A stretch of 64,000 nt of DNA from Candidatus Berkelbacteria bacterium (GCA_037142675.1 JBAXAF010000004.1:326-64325); one strand, 5' to 3'; counted from the stretch's first letter, positions 46,519 through 55,511 are shown. A program made the numbers and translations. The notes: generated by a model from the sequence alone, not told the origin.

Positions 46519-47784
46519 ATGATTCATAATTCATTTTATTTTGTGTTGGGTCGGGAAAATAAAATTAGCCAAACAGAATTGGAGTGCGTTTTGGCTAGTT
46601 TTGATTTTGGTTTTTCCCCCGCGAACATTTCTATCTTATCTGATCAAGTTTTAGAGATCAAACTAGAGGCTAGCAGCGACCAAGTCAAAAAATTAATTGA
46701 AATTCTTGGCGGCACGGTGAAAATCTTTCAGAAAATCGCTCCAGCTAATGAAAAAATCGAGAATCTGCTTTTGGCTGAAGATAAATCATCAAAAATAATT
46801 TTTGGCTTATCAAATTACTCTGTTGCCAAGGTCGATACCTTTCGAATGGCGTTGTCGGCTAAAAAGGCGGCAAAAAAATCAATTCGAATTATCGACGGCA
46901 AAGAGGGTGGCAGACTTTCAAGCGCTCAATCTTTTCAGTACAAAATGGATATTGATAATGTTGAGTATGGTTTATTTGAAACTGGAATTGGCAAGTTAAT
47001 TGCAGTGCAAAATATCAACGAGTGGACTCGCCACGACTACGGTAAGCCAAAGTCAGACGCTAAATCAGGCATGTTGCCACCGAAACTGGCTAGAATGATG
47101 GTGAACTTGGCCGTAGGCCAAGTTAATGACGAAACCAGAATTAATAATGACGAAGACAGTGGTTCCTCATTCCTCATTCGTCATTCGGGTTTACGACCTT
47201 TGGTCGTTGATCCCTTTTGTGGTTCGGGAAACGTTTTAATTGAGGCAGTTTCTGTTGGTTGTAATGTCGTTGGTTCTGATCTGTCAGAAAAAGCTGTATC
47301 TGACACGAAAGAAAATCTTGAATGGTTCCTTAAATCAGTCATCCCCGATCCAGTCGGGGATCCACTAATAGTAGATTCCCGCCTTTGCGGGAATGACATT
47401 GTTGTTGCTGATGCCGCTAAGTTTGACTTCTCTGACATCAAAGAAGATTTTATCATCGCCACTGAGCCATTTTTAGGCCAACCGCGAACATCAAAATTAC
47501 GAATCGAAGAAGAGGCCGAAGCCAAAAGCGAAATTACTCAATTGTATATGGATTTTCTTCGCAACTTGAAGCTAACAGCCAATAGCCAAAAGCTGAAAGC
47601 TATCGCAATAGTTTTTCCTCTCTTTGAACTGGCCAATGGAAAAAAGTTATCAATTTTCAATGATTGTGTTGACTTTATCCGTGATATCGGCTACACTACT
47701 GTTTGTCCACCTTTGGAATATGGACGTGATTATCAAGTTGTCAAACGACAAATCGTTATATTAAAGCTATCAGCTGACAGCTAA
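46519..47784 (+). CDS. Trm11-like SAM-dependent RNA methyltransferase with repeat-derived insertions
   Basis: DYGKP...GMLPPKLARMMVN, DPFCGSG, TEPFLG. Confidence 0.85.
   Translation: MIHNSFYFVLGRENKISQTELECVLASFDFGFSPANISILSDQVLEIKLEASSDQVKKLIEILGGTVKIFQKIAPANEKIENLLLAEDKSSKIIFGLSNYSVAKVDTFRMALSAKKAAKKSIRIIDGKEGGRLSSAQSFQYKMDIDNVEYGLFETGIGKLIAVQNINEWTRHDYGKPKSDAKSGMLPPKLARMMVNLAVGQVNDETRINNDEDSGSSFLIRHSGLRPLVVDPFCGSGNVLIEAVSVGCNVVGSDLSEKAVSDTKENLEWFLKSVIPDPVGDPLIVDSRLCGNDIVVADAAKFDFSDIKEDFIIATEPFLGQPRTSKLRIEEEAEAKSEITQLYMDFLRNLKLTANSQKLKAIAIVFPLFELANGKKLSIFNDCVDFIRDIGYTTVCPPLEYGRDYQVVKRQIVILKLSADS
47338..47397 (+). repeat. 60-bp REP-like element inserted in frame (family B)
   Basis: GTCATCCCCGA..TCGGGGATCC...ATTCCC-N8-GGGAATGAC; exactly 20 codons. 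Confidence 0.85.
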
Positions 47785-47805
47785 TAGCTATTAGCTTAAA
47801 GAAAA

Positions 47806-48087
47806 ATGGCACATAAGAAAGCTGGCGGTAGTACAAGTTTAGGGCGGGATTCGGTCTCCAAGCGACTTGGGGTCAAGATTTTTGGTGATGAAAAAATTGT
47901 TGCTGGTAATATCATCATTCGTCAAAAAGGTACCAGATACTTGGCAGGTGCTAATGTTGGCGAGGGTAATGATCGCACACTTTATGCTAAAAAAGACGGT
48001 TTTGTTAAATATTCTCAAATCAAAAAAACTACATTTTCCGGTTCAAAGATCAAAAAGACCAGGGTTGCAGTAGCTGATCAAAAGTAA
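47806..48087 (+). CDS. rpmA: 50S ribosomal protein L27
   Basis: [24 protein letters not shown]. Confidence 0.98.
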   Translation: MAHKKAGGSTSLGRDSVSKRLGVKIFGDEKIVAGNIIIRQKGTRYLAGANVGEGNDRTLYAKKDGFVKYSQIKKTTFSGSKIKKTRVAVADQK

Positions 48088-48128
48088 GTTTCTGACAAAA
48101 GGCATCTTGAAAGATGTTTTTTGTCAGC

Positions 48129-48612
48129 CACTTGTTGTCGGCTGCATTCTGTGAAAACGGAGAGGTGCCCCAATGATTTGGGGAGTTGTATGGCAGACAT
48201 GCCCCTTAAGAGACGCGATAGCGCGTTCTCCATCCACGTAAGGGTAAGGTCCCAGATGAACATCGAAGCACACACCGTAGTCGTGCCTCCTGGTCTCTTG
48301 GGGCGAAGCCCCGTGACCTAGAGGCTACATTATGTCGAAGGATGCCAAGTCGAAAGAAGAGCCAGTAGAACAACGTCCTGGATCGCCAATGGCTAGCGCA
48401 CTGGCGACAGAGTGGGCGACTGGCTATTGGGGCGAGTCCAGTGTTGACGCACGCGGCAAGGCTGGGCAGAAGTAAAACAATAGTAAGCGCTCGAGGTTCA
48501 CGTGCGATTCCTCGATCGCAATCGAACAACACTCACTAATCTGGTGAGAGTTACCGCGAGAAAAGCGGATGTTTGCCCGGCGCAGGCGTGAGAGCCCCTG
48601 CGCCGCTCTCTC
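48129..48612 (+). ncRNA. Candidate large structured non-coding RNA (family not recognised)
   Basis: GC-rich, no credible ORF, at least 10 helices including long-range pairs; G-U pairs favour the + strand. Ends approximate. Confidence 0.6.
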
Positions 48613-48703
48613 TGAGTTCAATCAATTGAAAATAGAGATGGGCGGATCAGAAAAATGACAAAATCAGAATGAAGAATGACGAATGAAAGTAAAAGAAAAA
48701 ATT

Positions 48704-49312
48704 ATGCACAAAGTAAACCTTTCAAAATTCATGAAAAAGAATATCCCCGACATTCACACCGGAGATACTGTTAAAGTTCACCAGAAAATCAAAGAAGGTG
48801 ACAAGGAGCGCGTACAGATTTTTGAAGGCCTGGTTATTGCCACCCACGGTGGGAAAAGCCTCGATGGTTCGTTTACTGTTCGCAAAGAATCATTTGGCGT
48901 TGGCGTTGAAAGAATTTTCCCAGTTCACTCCCCACGTGTTGTTAAAATAGAACGAATTAAACAATCAAAAGTTCGTCGAAGCAAACTATATTTTATGCGC
49001 GAACTTTCCGGTAAAAATGCCAGGTTGAAAGAATTAAATCGCGATTACGCAATGTGGGAAGAAAAAGGCGTTGAAGAAGAGCTAGAAAAAATCGCCGAAG
49101 AAACTGCCAAACTTGCTGAAGCCGCCGCCGCCGAAAAAGAAGCCGAAGAAGCCGAATTTGAGAAAAAGGCCGAAACTGCCATTAAAGCCCATGGTCACAC
49201 TCCTGGCGAAAATGAGCCAAAAGACGAAGAAGATGTTACTCCAGGCTCAGCCGAAGATGAGAAAAAAGCCCAGTCAACTGAAGAAAAAGCCGACAAAGCC
49301 GCAGAAAAATAA
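48704..49312 (+). CDS. rplS: 50S ribosomal protein L19 with a long acidic C-terminal tail
   Basis: GDTVKVHQKIKEGDKERVQIFEG, FTVRK, GVGVERIFP, VRRSKLYFMR; alternative start 48683. Confidence 0.97.
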   Translation: MHKVNLSKFMKKNIPDIHTGDTVKVHQKIKEGDKERVQIFEGLVIATHGGKSLDGSFTVRKESFGVGVERIFPVHSPRVVKIERIKQSKVRRSKLYFMRELSGKNARLKELNRDYAMWEEKGVEEELEKIAEETAKLAEAAAAEKEAEEAEFEKKAETAIKAHGHTPGENEPKDEEDVTPGSAEDEKKAQSTEEKADKAAEK

Positions 49313-49361
49313 TATTTACTTGCTCTATAGAAAAAACGCCCCAGAAATGGTGGCGTTTTTT
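49297..49361 (+). repeat. 65-bp exact direct repeat (rplS 3' end plus terminator), copy 1
   Basis: Identical to 50833-50897. Confidence 0.95.
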
Positions 49362-49429
49362 GGTGTTGTTGATTTATTTGATGTGATACAATTATTTTAA
49401 ATATTTCAAATAAAAACTAGGAGCACAAA

Positions 49430-50848
49430 ATGGGCGATAATGAAGACGAACTACAATCACTTGGGGAAGAGCAACGAATATTTGAGGCCCAGCAGGACGA
49501 AGCAGCGCGGTTGGCTGCGTCTACCCGCGAAGCGGAGCTGCGGGCTGATCACATTGCTCATGTGGCGGCGGCTAGCCACTCTGATCTTAGAAAAGCTGCG
49601 GTCGAACGGGACGCAGAGATGAGGGCGACTGGTTTGGCTGAGATACGCGAAACACTGGGTTCGCCCGAAGGTGTTCAGGAAAAAGCCGACGTACTAAGAT
49701 CAGAATTTGACGCCAGCTTGCTCGAGATTGCAGAATTAAGACAAAGCATTGCAAGAATCAGGGAATTTGTCCCAGAAGGCAGGCCAATGTCACCAGTTCT
49801 TGCAACTAAGATTGAGGCAATCGAACAGCGTCGAGCTGGAATTGAGAATGGTCTAGGTGCATTGCTGCAAAAGTCAGACGAGGCAAAAAGTTTAGCAGAG
49901 AATGTTAAAAGTTACGATCGGCTAAAGACTGAAATCGATCTGCTCCGTCAGGGAACAGATGAAATCTATGCCATGCCTGGAGTCGCTGATATACTTTACC
50001 AAGAAGCGATTGATACAGACGAAAAGGAAACTTGGGCTGTTGAAGCCGGGAAACAGGAGCGTCGAATAGCCAGAGAGCAAGCATTGGCTATCGAAAAAGA
50101 AACCGCCCAAGCGGCCGAAAAGGAGAAATCGCTCAAAGAAGAGATAATCAAGAAAATAAGTGATCGCGCTAGCCGCATACCGACAAATACAGGCACGGAA
50201 AAAGACCCTCGCCGAGTTGAGTTCACTGAGCCATTAATTTCTGCTTTTTTAGATGATGCATTGGAACAATCTGGAATTAATGGAATTGAACTAACCGCAG
50301 CTAGTGCCGACAGGAGAAGAGAGTTAATTAGAGCCGTAGCTCAACAAATTGAATTTGGTTTAAATACCCGTTGGAATGGACAAGACTATCCCAATGGCTT
50401 TGGCTCTGATCCAAGCGAGGCAAAAAGGGTTTATGCTCAAAGTGATCCTAAGAACTTCGGAAGACAACTTGGTAACATGCTGGGGACTCAAATGCACGAG
50501 GCGGGTAGTCCTGATGTGCTAGGCCATGTTATTGGTTCCGATAGTGGCGTTCGGGTTCGTGAGGCTCGTAAATGGCATAGAAGCATTCCGTTTATTGTTG
50601 GTTTTGCTAGGGGAACACAGGAGGTTCGTTCGGCAACAAAAATTCAAGAACAACCATATCGTTTGGTTGACGCCCATGCTTCGCAGGCTTTATTTGGAGG
50701 TCTAGCAAGTCGTGTAAGGCTTGGTGAAATGGTTTTCAGAGATAATATTGCCAGATCTGCGTTTGAGCAAGGAGTTACAAGGTCTGAGCAAATTTATCAG
50801 AGAGCTCATAGCGTCGACGCCAATGAACAGGTAGCCGCAGAAAAATAA
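49430..50848 (+). CDS. Hypothetical coiled-coil protein (472 aa)
   Basis: AGGAG SD; E/A/R-rich helical sequence; ends in the same AAEK* as L19. Confidence 0.75.
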   Translation: MGDNEDELQSLGEEQRIFEAQQDEAARLAASTREAELRADHIAHVAAASHSDLRKAAVERDAEMRATGLAEIRETLGSPEGVQEKADVLRSEFDASLLEIAELRQSIARIREFVPEGRPMSPVLATKIEAIEQRRAGIENGLGALLQKSDEAKSLAENVKSYDRLKTEIDLLRQGTDEIYAMPGVADILYQEAIDTDEKETWAVEAGKQERRIAREQALAIEKETAQAAEKEKSLKEEIIKKISDRASRIPTNTGTEKDPRRVEFTEPLISAFLDDALEQSGINGIELTAASADRRRELIRAVAQQIEFGLNTRWNGQDYPNGFGSDPSEAKRVYAQSDPKNFGRQLGNMLGTQMHEAGSPDVLGHVIGSDSGVRVREARKWHRSIPFIVGFARGTQEVRSATKIQEQPYRLVDAHASQALFGGLASRVRLGEMVFRDNIARSAFEQGVTRSEQIYQRAHSVDANEQVAAEK

Positions 50849-50897
50849 TATTTACTTGCTCTATAGAAAAAACGCCCCAGAAATGGTGGCGTTTTTT
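50833..50897 (+). repeat. 65-bp exact direct repeat, copy 2
   Basis: Identical to 49297-49361. Confidence 0.95.
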
Positions 50898-50959
50898 TGG
50901 TTAAGTTGCTTGATGGCTAGCGATTAAAAAAACCGACCAAGCGAGGGCGAGGTCGGGTG

Positions 50960-51556
50960 CTATTGGCCACCGAGGCCAGTTAGGTTATAAGAAAATCCAA
51001 TTGAGACTTGTGGGTCGTTGGTAAATAGCTTGATCTCGAGGTGTCTACCAACTTTGCGAACGACTCCAACACCAAAGTTGTGCTCCTTGGCGCTCCACAG
51101 GCCACGGAGTTGGATTTTCGTCCCTTTGACCGATAGTTCCCAGCGCTCTATCTCCAGCGTAGGTGACATTTCGGCCTTCACCATTAAAGGCTGGTAATAA
51201 CGGACAGAATTCCTACTTGTTAGGTAGTGAACCTGAAAGTAGATTTCCTGGTCCCCGGCCAGAAACACGGTCGGCCCTGGCTTCTGCACCACTCTCAGTC
51301 CAAGTAGAAACGGCTTGTGCAGACAGGACATTCCCGCCCCGATCACCCTGAAACTCATTACAGCTTCGTCCGTTTTGCCGCCCCCATCCCTTGTCAGCCG
51401 CAAGCTCATTGTTGTCGTATAAAGCGTAGACGATACGATGTTCTTGCTAGCCTCAAGGCTAATGACAATGGGAAGACTTGGCCAATCTTCTTTTTTTTCC
51501 TCTGCCCAAAGTGGTAGGCAGAAGAAAAATGCGACTATAATCATCGCGATTTTCAT
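50960..51556 (-). CDS. Exported beta-strand-rich hypothetical protein
   Basis: Signal peptide MKIAMIIVAFFFCLPLWA; alternating strands, C-terminal VSIGFSYNL. Confidence 0.6.
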   Translation of the reverse strand: MKIAMIIVAFFFCLPLWAEEKKEDWPSLPIVISLEASKNIVSSTLYTTTMSLRLTRDGGGKTDEAVMSFRVIGAGMSCLHKPFLLGLRVVQKPGPTVFLAGDQEIYFQVHYLTSRNSVRYYQPLMVKAEMSPTLEIERWELSVKGTKIQLRGLWSAKEHNFGVGVVRKVGRHLEIKLFTNDPQVSIGFSYNLTGLGGQ

Positions 51557-51703
51557 TTTGCCCACATCCTTTGGTATGCGCAGATGGTTCCGCGGCAATT
51601 ATAGCACTTAAATTTGAATTGTGAACCAAGAATTATGGATGATGGGATAATTAGTTACGTTGTATTGACAAATCAATGCAACATATGTTACAATTTAATC
51701 ACT

Positions 51704-51958
51704 ATGCAACATAACGATTACATCTCAACAATTGAAGCATCTAGCATTCTTGGGTTGGACCGAACTCAGGTATTCCGCCTGATCCAGAGTGGAAAAATTC
51801 CGGCTGTAAAAATCGGCCGTAATTTCGCAATTAAAAAATCAGACCTGGGAATTTACGGTGGAGAAGTATCAACAAAAGAAAAAAAGAACATCGAACTATC
51901 GGTAGACAGAGTTTTTGCGGAATATGGTGACGTGATCAAAAAATTGGGAGAGGAGTGA
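51704..51958 (+). CDS. Excisionase-type HTH protein, putative antitoxin
   Basis: ISTIEASSILGLDRTQVFRLIQSGKIPAVKIGRNFAI; GTGA overlap with the fic gene; promoter TTGACA 51665 / TACAAT 51689. Confidence 0.8.
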   Translation: MQHNDYISTIEASSILGLDRTQVFRLIQSGKIPAVKIGRNFAIKKSDLGIYGGEVSTKEKKNIELSVDRVFAEYGDVIKKLGEE

Positions 51959-52377
51959 TCTACAAAATCTCAATCGAAGAGGTTGAGCTTATTGCTCACC
52001 GAATGGCAAAAAATATAATGGAGTGGGATGAGCCGATTCCCGATTTTTCAACTCGCTATCCGAATGTTCTGGAGAGCTGCTTGGCTGTGCCGTTTCAATC
52101 GTTTGGCCGCAAAGATTTGTATTCTACTTTGGTCAAAAAGGCGGCAATTTTGTTTTATTTAATGATAAAAAACCATCCGTTTCAAAACGGAAATAAACGG
52201 GTTGCAGTGACCACACTTTTCACCTTCTTGGGAAAAAATGACAAGTGGCTGAAAGTTGATAATCAAGAACTCTATAATTTTGCTGTTTGGGTCGCATCTT
52301 CACCAGCAGAATTTCAGGCAGAAATTCTCGCCGCCGCTGAGAAATTTATTAAAAGAAATTTAGTTAGTTCAAGCTAA
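51955..52377 (+). CDS. Fic/Doc family toxin
   Basis: HPFQNGNKRVA. Confidence 0.9.
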   Translation: MIYKISIEEVELIAHRMAKNIMEWDEPIPDFSTRYPNVLESCLAVPFQSFGRKDLYSTLVKKAAILFYLMIKNHPFQNGNKRVAVTTLFTFLGKNDKWLKVDNQELYNFAVWVASSPAEFQAEILAAAEKFIKRNLVSSS

Positions 52378-52380
52378 AAA

Positions 52381-52728
52381 ATGGATAAAACAAAGAACAA
52401 AACCACCGGAAATGCTGGGGAAGATTTGGCAGCGGAGTTTCTCAACCGACAGAAATACAAAATTCTTGGCCGCAACATTTCTTATCCTTTTGGGGAAATT
52501 GATATTTTGGCGGATGATAGGGGGACTATTGTGATTGTTGAAGTCAAAACTGTCAAAGGAGGTGGCTGGGGAAGCGCAGTTGATCTGGTCCGGAATAAAA
52601 AACAGCAGAAATTGAGACTTTTGGCGCTGGAAATCGAGAGGGAATATCCGAATAAAAATATTCGAATTGATGTTATTGGCGTTGATAATGGAAAAATCAA
52701 TTATATAAAAAACGCCGTCGAGGGCTAG
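52381..52728 (+). CDS. yraN: YraN family endonuclease
   Basis: GNAGEDLAAEFL, GEIDILA, VEVKT, RIDVI. Confidence 0.92.
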   Translation: MDKTKNKTTGNAGEDLAAEFLNRQKYKILGRNISYPFGEIDILADDRGTIVIVEVKTVKGGGWGSAVDLVRNKKQQKLRLLALEIEREYPNKNIRIDVIGVDNGKINYIKNAVEG

Positions 52729-52782
52729 CGAATTTGGTCTAAAAACCCTTGACAACCTGATGTAAATCAGGTATTTTGACAT

Positions 52783-52905
52783 CTGGTGGTTGTCTTTGCG
52801 CCGAGCGTGGATGCGGAGTGCGAAGGCATTACTACTACCGCGTTTTACGCGGCTGCCCCCCACGGCAGGGCCAGGGTCCATGTGATCCTGGCCACTATTT
52901 TTTTT
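52783..52905 (+). ncRNA. Candidate ~120-nt small RNA
   Basis: Promoter TTGACA-17-TATTTT (52749-52777); stacked hairpins; terminal GC stem plus T8. Confidence 0.5.
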
Positions 52906-52990
52906 AGCCCGACTTTGTGCTAAGCTGAGGGAGATAAAATGAAGTTAGTACACGGATCTATTGCGCGGATTATCACGGATGGGAATAACA

Positions 52991-54409
52991 ATGGAACAAT
53001 CAAACAATAAAACAATGATTCGCACCCGCTTTGCTCCAAGTCCAACCGGTGAACTTCACATTGGTGGTGCCAGAACTGCACTATTTTCATATTTATTCGC
53101 CAAAAATCAAGCTGGCGAATTTTTGTTGCGCATTGAAGATACTGACCGCGAGAGATTTGTTGAGGGTGCAACTGAGCGGATTATCGAATCACTGGGCTGG
53201 CTGGGAATTGTAGCTGACAACGCTGGCAAGCCAATGGTTCAGTCTGAGCGCCTGGATAAATATCGAAAAGTCGCTTTTGATTTAGTAAATGAGGGGAAAG
53301 CTTACCTTTGCACTTGTACTAAAGAAAAACTAGCAGAGGACCGCGAGCGTCAGCAAAAAGAAAATAAACCACCGCGATACGAAGGTCATTGTCGTGATGC
53401 TAGTATAGACATTAAGACCCTAGCCGAAGGTTGCTACACCATCCGGATGAAGATGCCACAATCAGGGACTATTATTGTTGATGATTTGATCCGAGGCCGT
53501 GTGGAATTCGATGCGGCCTTAATTGACGATCAGGTAATTCTAAAATCTGACGGTTTCCCGACATATCACCTAGCATCTGTTGTTGATGACCACGAAATGG
53601 AAATTACCCATGTCATTCGCTCGGAAGAGTGGTTGTCGTCAACGCCAAAGCATGTTGTTCTTTATGAAATGCTGGGCTGGAGTGCGCCGGAATTTGCTCA
53701 CCCTTCAATGATTTTGGGACCGGATCACTCAAAGCTTTCGAAGCGCCACGGTGCAACATCAGTTATCGATTATAAAAATCAAGGTTATTTACCAAAGGCG
53801 CTAGTGAACTTTATGGCTCTTTTAGGCTGGAATCCGAAGGACGACAGAGAAATCTTCTCGCTAGAAGAATTAATTGGCGAATTTAAACTGGAAAACGTTA
53901 ATAAAAGTGGCGCAATTTTTGACATTGAAAAACTGAATTGGATGAATGGGGAGTATATCCGAGTCGAAAGTCGAAAGTCGAAAGTCGAAAGTCTGAAGGA
54001 TTTTGGTATAGAAGAATTATCAGCCGGAGAATTGGAACTAATTGGTCGTGGCGGGTTTAAAACTTTGAAAGAAGCGGCGGACTATATCATTCAATTGCGC
54101 AAAACACCGGAGTACGATTCATCACTCCTAATTTTCAAAAAATCCGATCGTGAAAAAACCACTATTGGGTTGAAAGCTGCCAGCTGTCAGCTGCTAGCTG
54201 TTAGTTTATGGGAACAAGAAGAAATACAAAAAACCTTGGAATCAATCGTATCTGAGAAAAATTTAACGAACGGCGATGTATTTTGGCCTGTGCGGGTGGC
54301 ACTATCTGGCGCGGAAAAGTCACCGAGTCCAGTTGAATTATTACTAGCTCTCGGTAAAGAAGAATCAATCAAACGAATTACAAAAGCTATAGATGACCTC
54401 AAAAACTAA
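52991..54409 (+). CDS. gltX: Glutamate-tRNA ligase
   Basis: RTRFAPSPTG, HIGG, LRIEDTD, KLSKR. Confidence 0.97.
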   Translation: MEQSNNKTMIRTRFAPSPTGELHIGGARTALFSYLFAKNQAGEFLLRIEDTDRERFVEGATERIIESLGWLGIVADNAGKPMVQSERLDKYRKVAFDLVNEGKAYLCTCTKEKLAEDRERQQKENKPPRYEGHCRDASIDIKTLAEGCYTIRMKMPQSGTIIVDDLIRGRVEFDAALIDDQVILKSDGFPTYHLASVVDDHEMEITHVIRSEEWLSSTPKHVVLYEMLGWSAPEFAHPSMILGPDHSKLSKRHGATSVIDYKNQGYLPKALVNFMALLGWNPKDDREIFSLEELIGEFKLENVNKSGAIFDIEKLNWMNGEYIRVESRKSKVESLKDFGIEELSAGELELIGRGGFKTLKEAADYIIQLRKTPEYDSSLLIFKKSDREKTTIGLKAASCQLLAVSLWEQEEIQKTLESIVSEKNLTNGDVFWPVRVALSGAEKSPSPVELLLALGKEESIKRITKAIDDLKN

Positions 54410-55511
54410 AACAAAGATTATCCAAGTTATTGCTGACTCGTCACTGGGTGGTGGGGCGAGGCATGTGCTGGGTTTAATATCAAACATTGATAAAGAAAAG
54501 TTTGAGGTTCTTTTAATTGCGCCGCGTGGTTGGTTAACGACTGAAGCAATGAAAATCAAGGATATCAAAGTAAAAATAGTCGAATTTAAAAGTAAGTGGG
54601 ATTTATCATCCCTCACAAAACTCAAAAAAGATGTCGCTGAGTTTCGCAAAAGTGGTGATCCCTTCGCGCCGATTATTATTCATGCTCACGGACCGCGAGC
54701 GGGATCTTTTTGTAAAATGGCACTACGACCAGGCGAGAAATTTATCTACACCGAGCATATTTGGAGTGATGATTATCATTTGAAAAATCCACTGAATTCA
54801 ATTTTGCAGAAGAGCGGACTTCGAGGAATTTACCGCCGATCAGATTCATTAATTGCTGTTTCAAAATCGGTCAAAACCTTTATTGAGAAATTTGGTGTTG
54901 ATAAAAATAAAATTACTATCATCCCAAACGCTGTGGAAATTAGTGATGATAATGCGGAAAAAAACCATTCGGATAAGTTAATGGTTGGCACTATCGGCAA
55001 TTTATATAAACAAAAAGGTCAGCAGTATTTAATTCAGGCATTTGCTAGGGTTGCCGCCAGTTTGCCGAAAGCCAGGCTGGAAATTATTGGTGACGGGCCG
55101 GAAAAGCAGAAACTACTGGACTTAATCAAAGAGTTAGATTTGGAATCCAGGGTGCAACTTTTGGGCAAAATTGACAAACCAAAAAGATATTTAGATAAGT
55201 GGGATTTGTTTGTTCTGCCATCGCTGTCGGAAACCTTTGGCTTAGTAATACTGGAAGCCTTTGCGTCTCGTGTCCCGGTTGTGGCAACACGGGTTGGTGG
55301 CATTCCTGAGCTGATTATTGATGACAAAACCGGCTACCTTGTCCCGCCGGCTGATTCTGAAAAATTGGCCAAAGCAATTTCTTATCTCTTGGCGGAAAAA
55401 AAGAAACGGGAAGCACTGGCCAGCGAAGCCTACGCGCTTTTGAAAAAGCACTACGATTGGGAAAAGGTAATTAAAGAAATTGAAAACGAATATTTAAAGC
55501 TCTCGAAATAA
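54393..55511 (+). CDS. Glycosyltransferase family 4
   Basis: GGGARHV, KGQQYLI, PSLSETFGLVILEA, VVATRVGGIPE. Confidence 0.93.
   Translation: MTSKTKTKIIQVIADSSLGGGARHVLGLISNIDKEKFEVLLIAPRGWLTTEAMKIKDIKVKIVEFKSKWDLSSLTKLKKDVAEFRKSGDPFAPIIIHAHGPRAGSFCKMALRPGEKFIYTEHIWSDDYHLKNPLNSILQKSGLRGIYRRSDSLIAVSKSVKTFIEKFGVDKNKITIIPNAVEISDDNAEKNHSDKLMVGTIGNLYKQKGQQYLIQAFARVAASLPKARLEIIGDGPEKQKLLDLIKELDLESRVQLLGKIDKPKRYLDKWDLFVLPSLSETFGLVILEAFASRVPVVATRVGGIPELIIDDKTGYLVPPADSEKLAKAISYLLAEKKKREALASEAYALLKKHYDWEKVIKEIENEYLKLSK

Noticed and set aside
48129-48612. RNase P RNA, tmRNA or self-splicing intron; ORFs 48121..48321, 48206..48532 and 48424..48621
   Set aside because: No GAGGAAAGTCC, no tRNA-like ends, and no group II domain V or group I core recognised by eye; the ORFs lack SD and protein-like composition. 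A divergent known RNA cannot be excluded without Infernal.
49040-49312. Acidic tail on L19 as a novel fusion
   Set aside because: Low-complexity E/A/K extensions on ribosomal proteins are common and no domain is evident.
52783-52905. T-box riboswitch for gltX or SRP RNA
   Set aside because: No contiguous GGTGGNACCGCG T-box, too short for stem I, and no SRP GGAA-loop/AGCAG motif seen.
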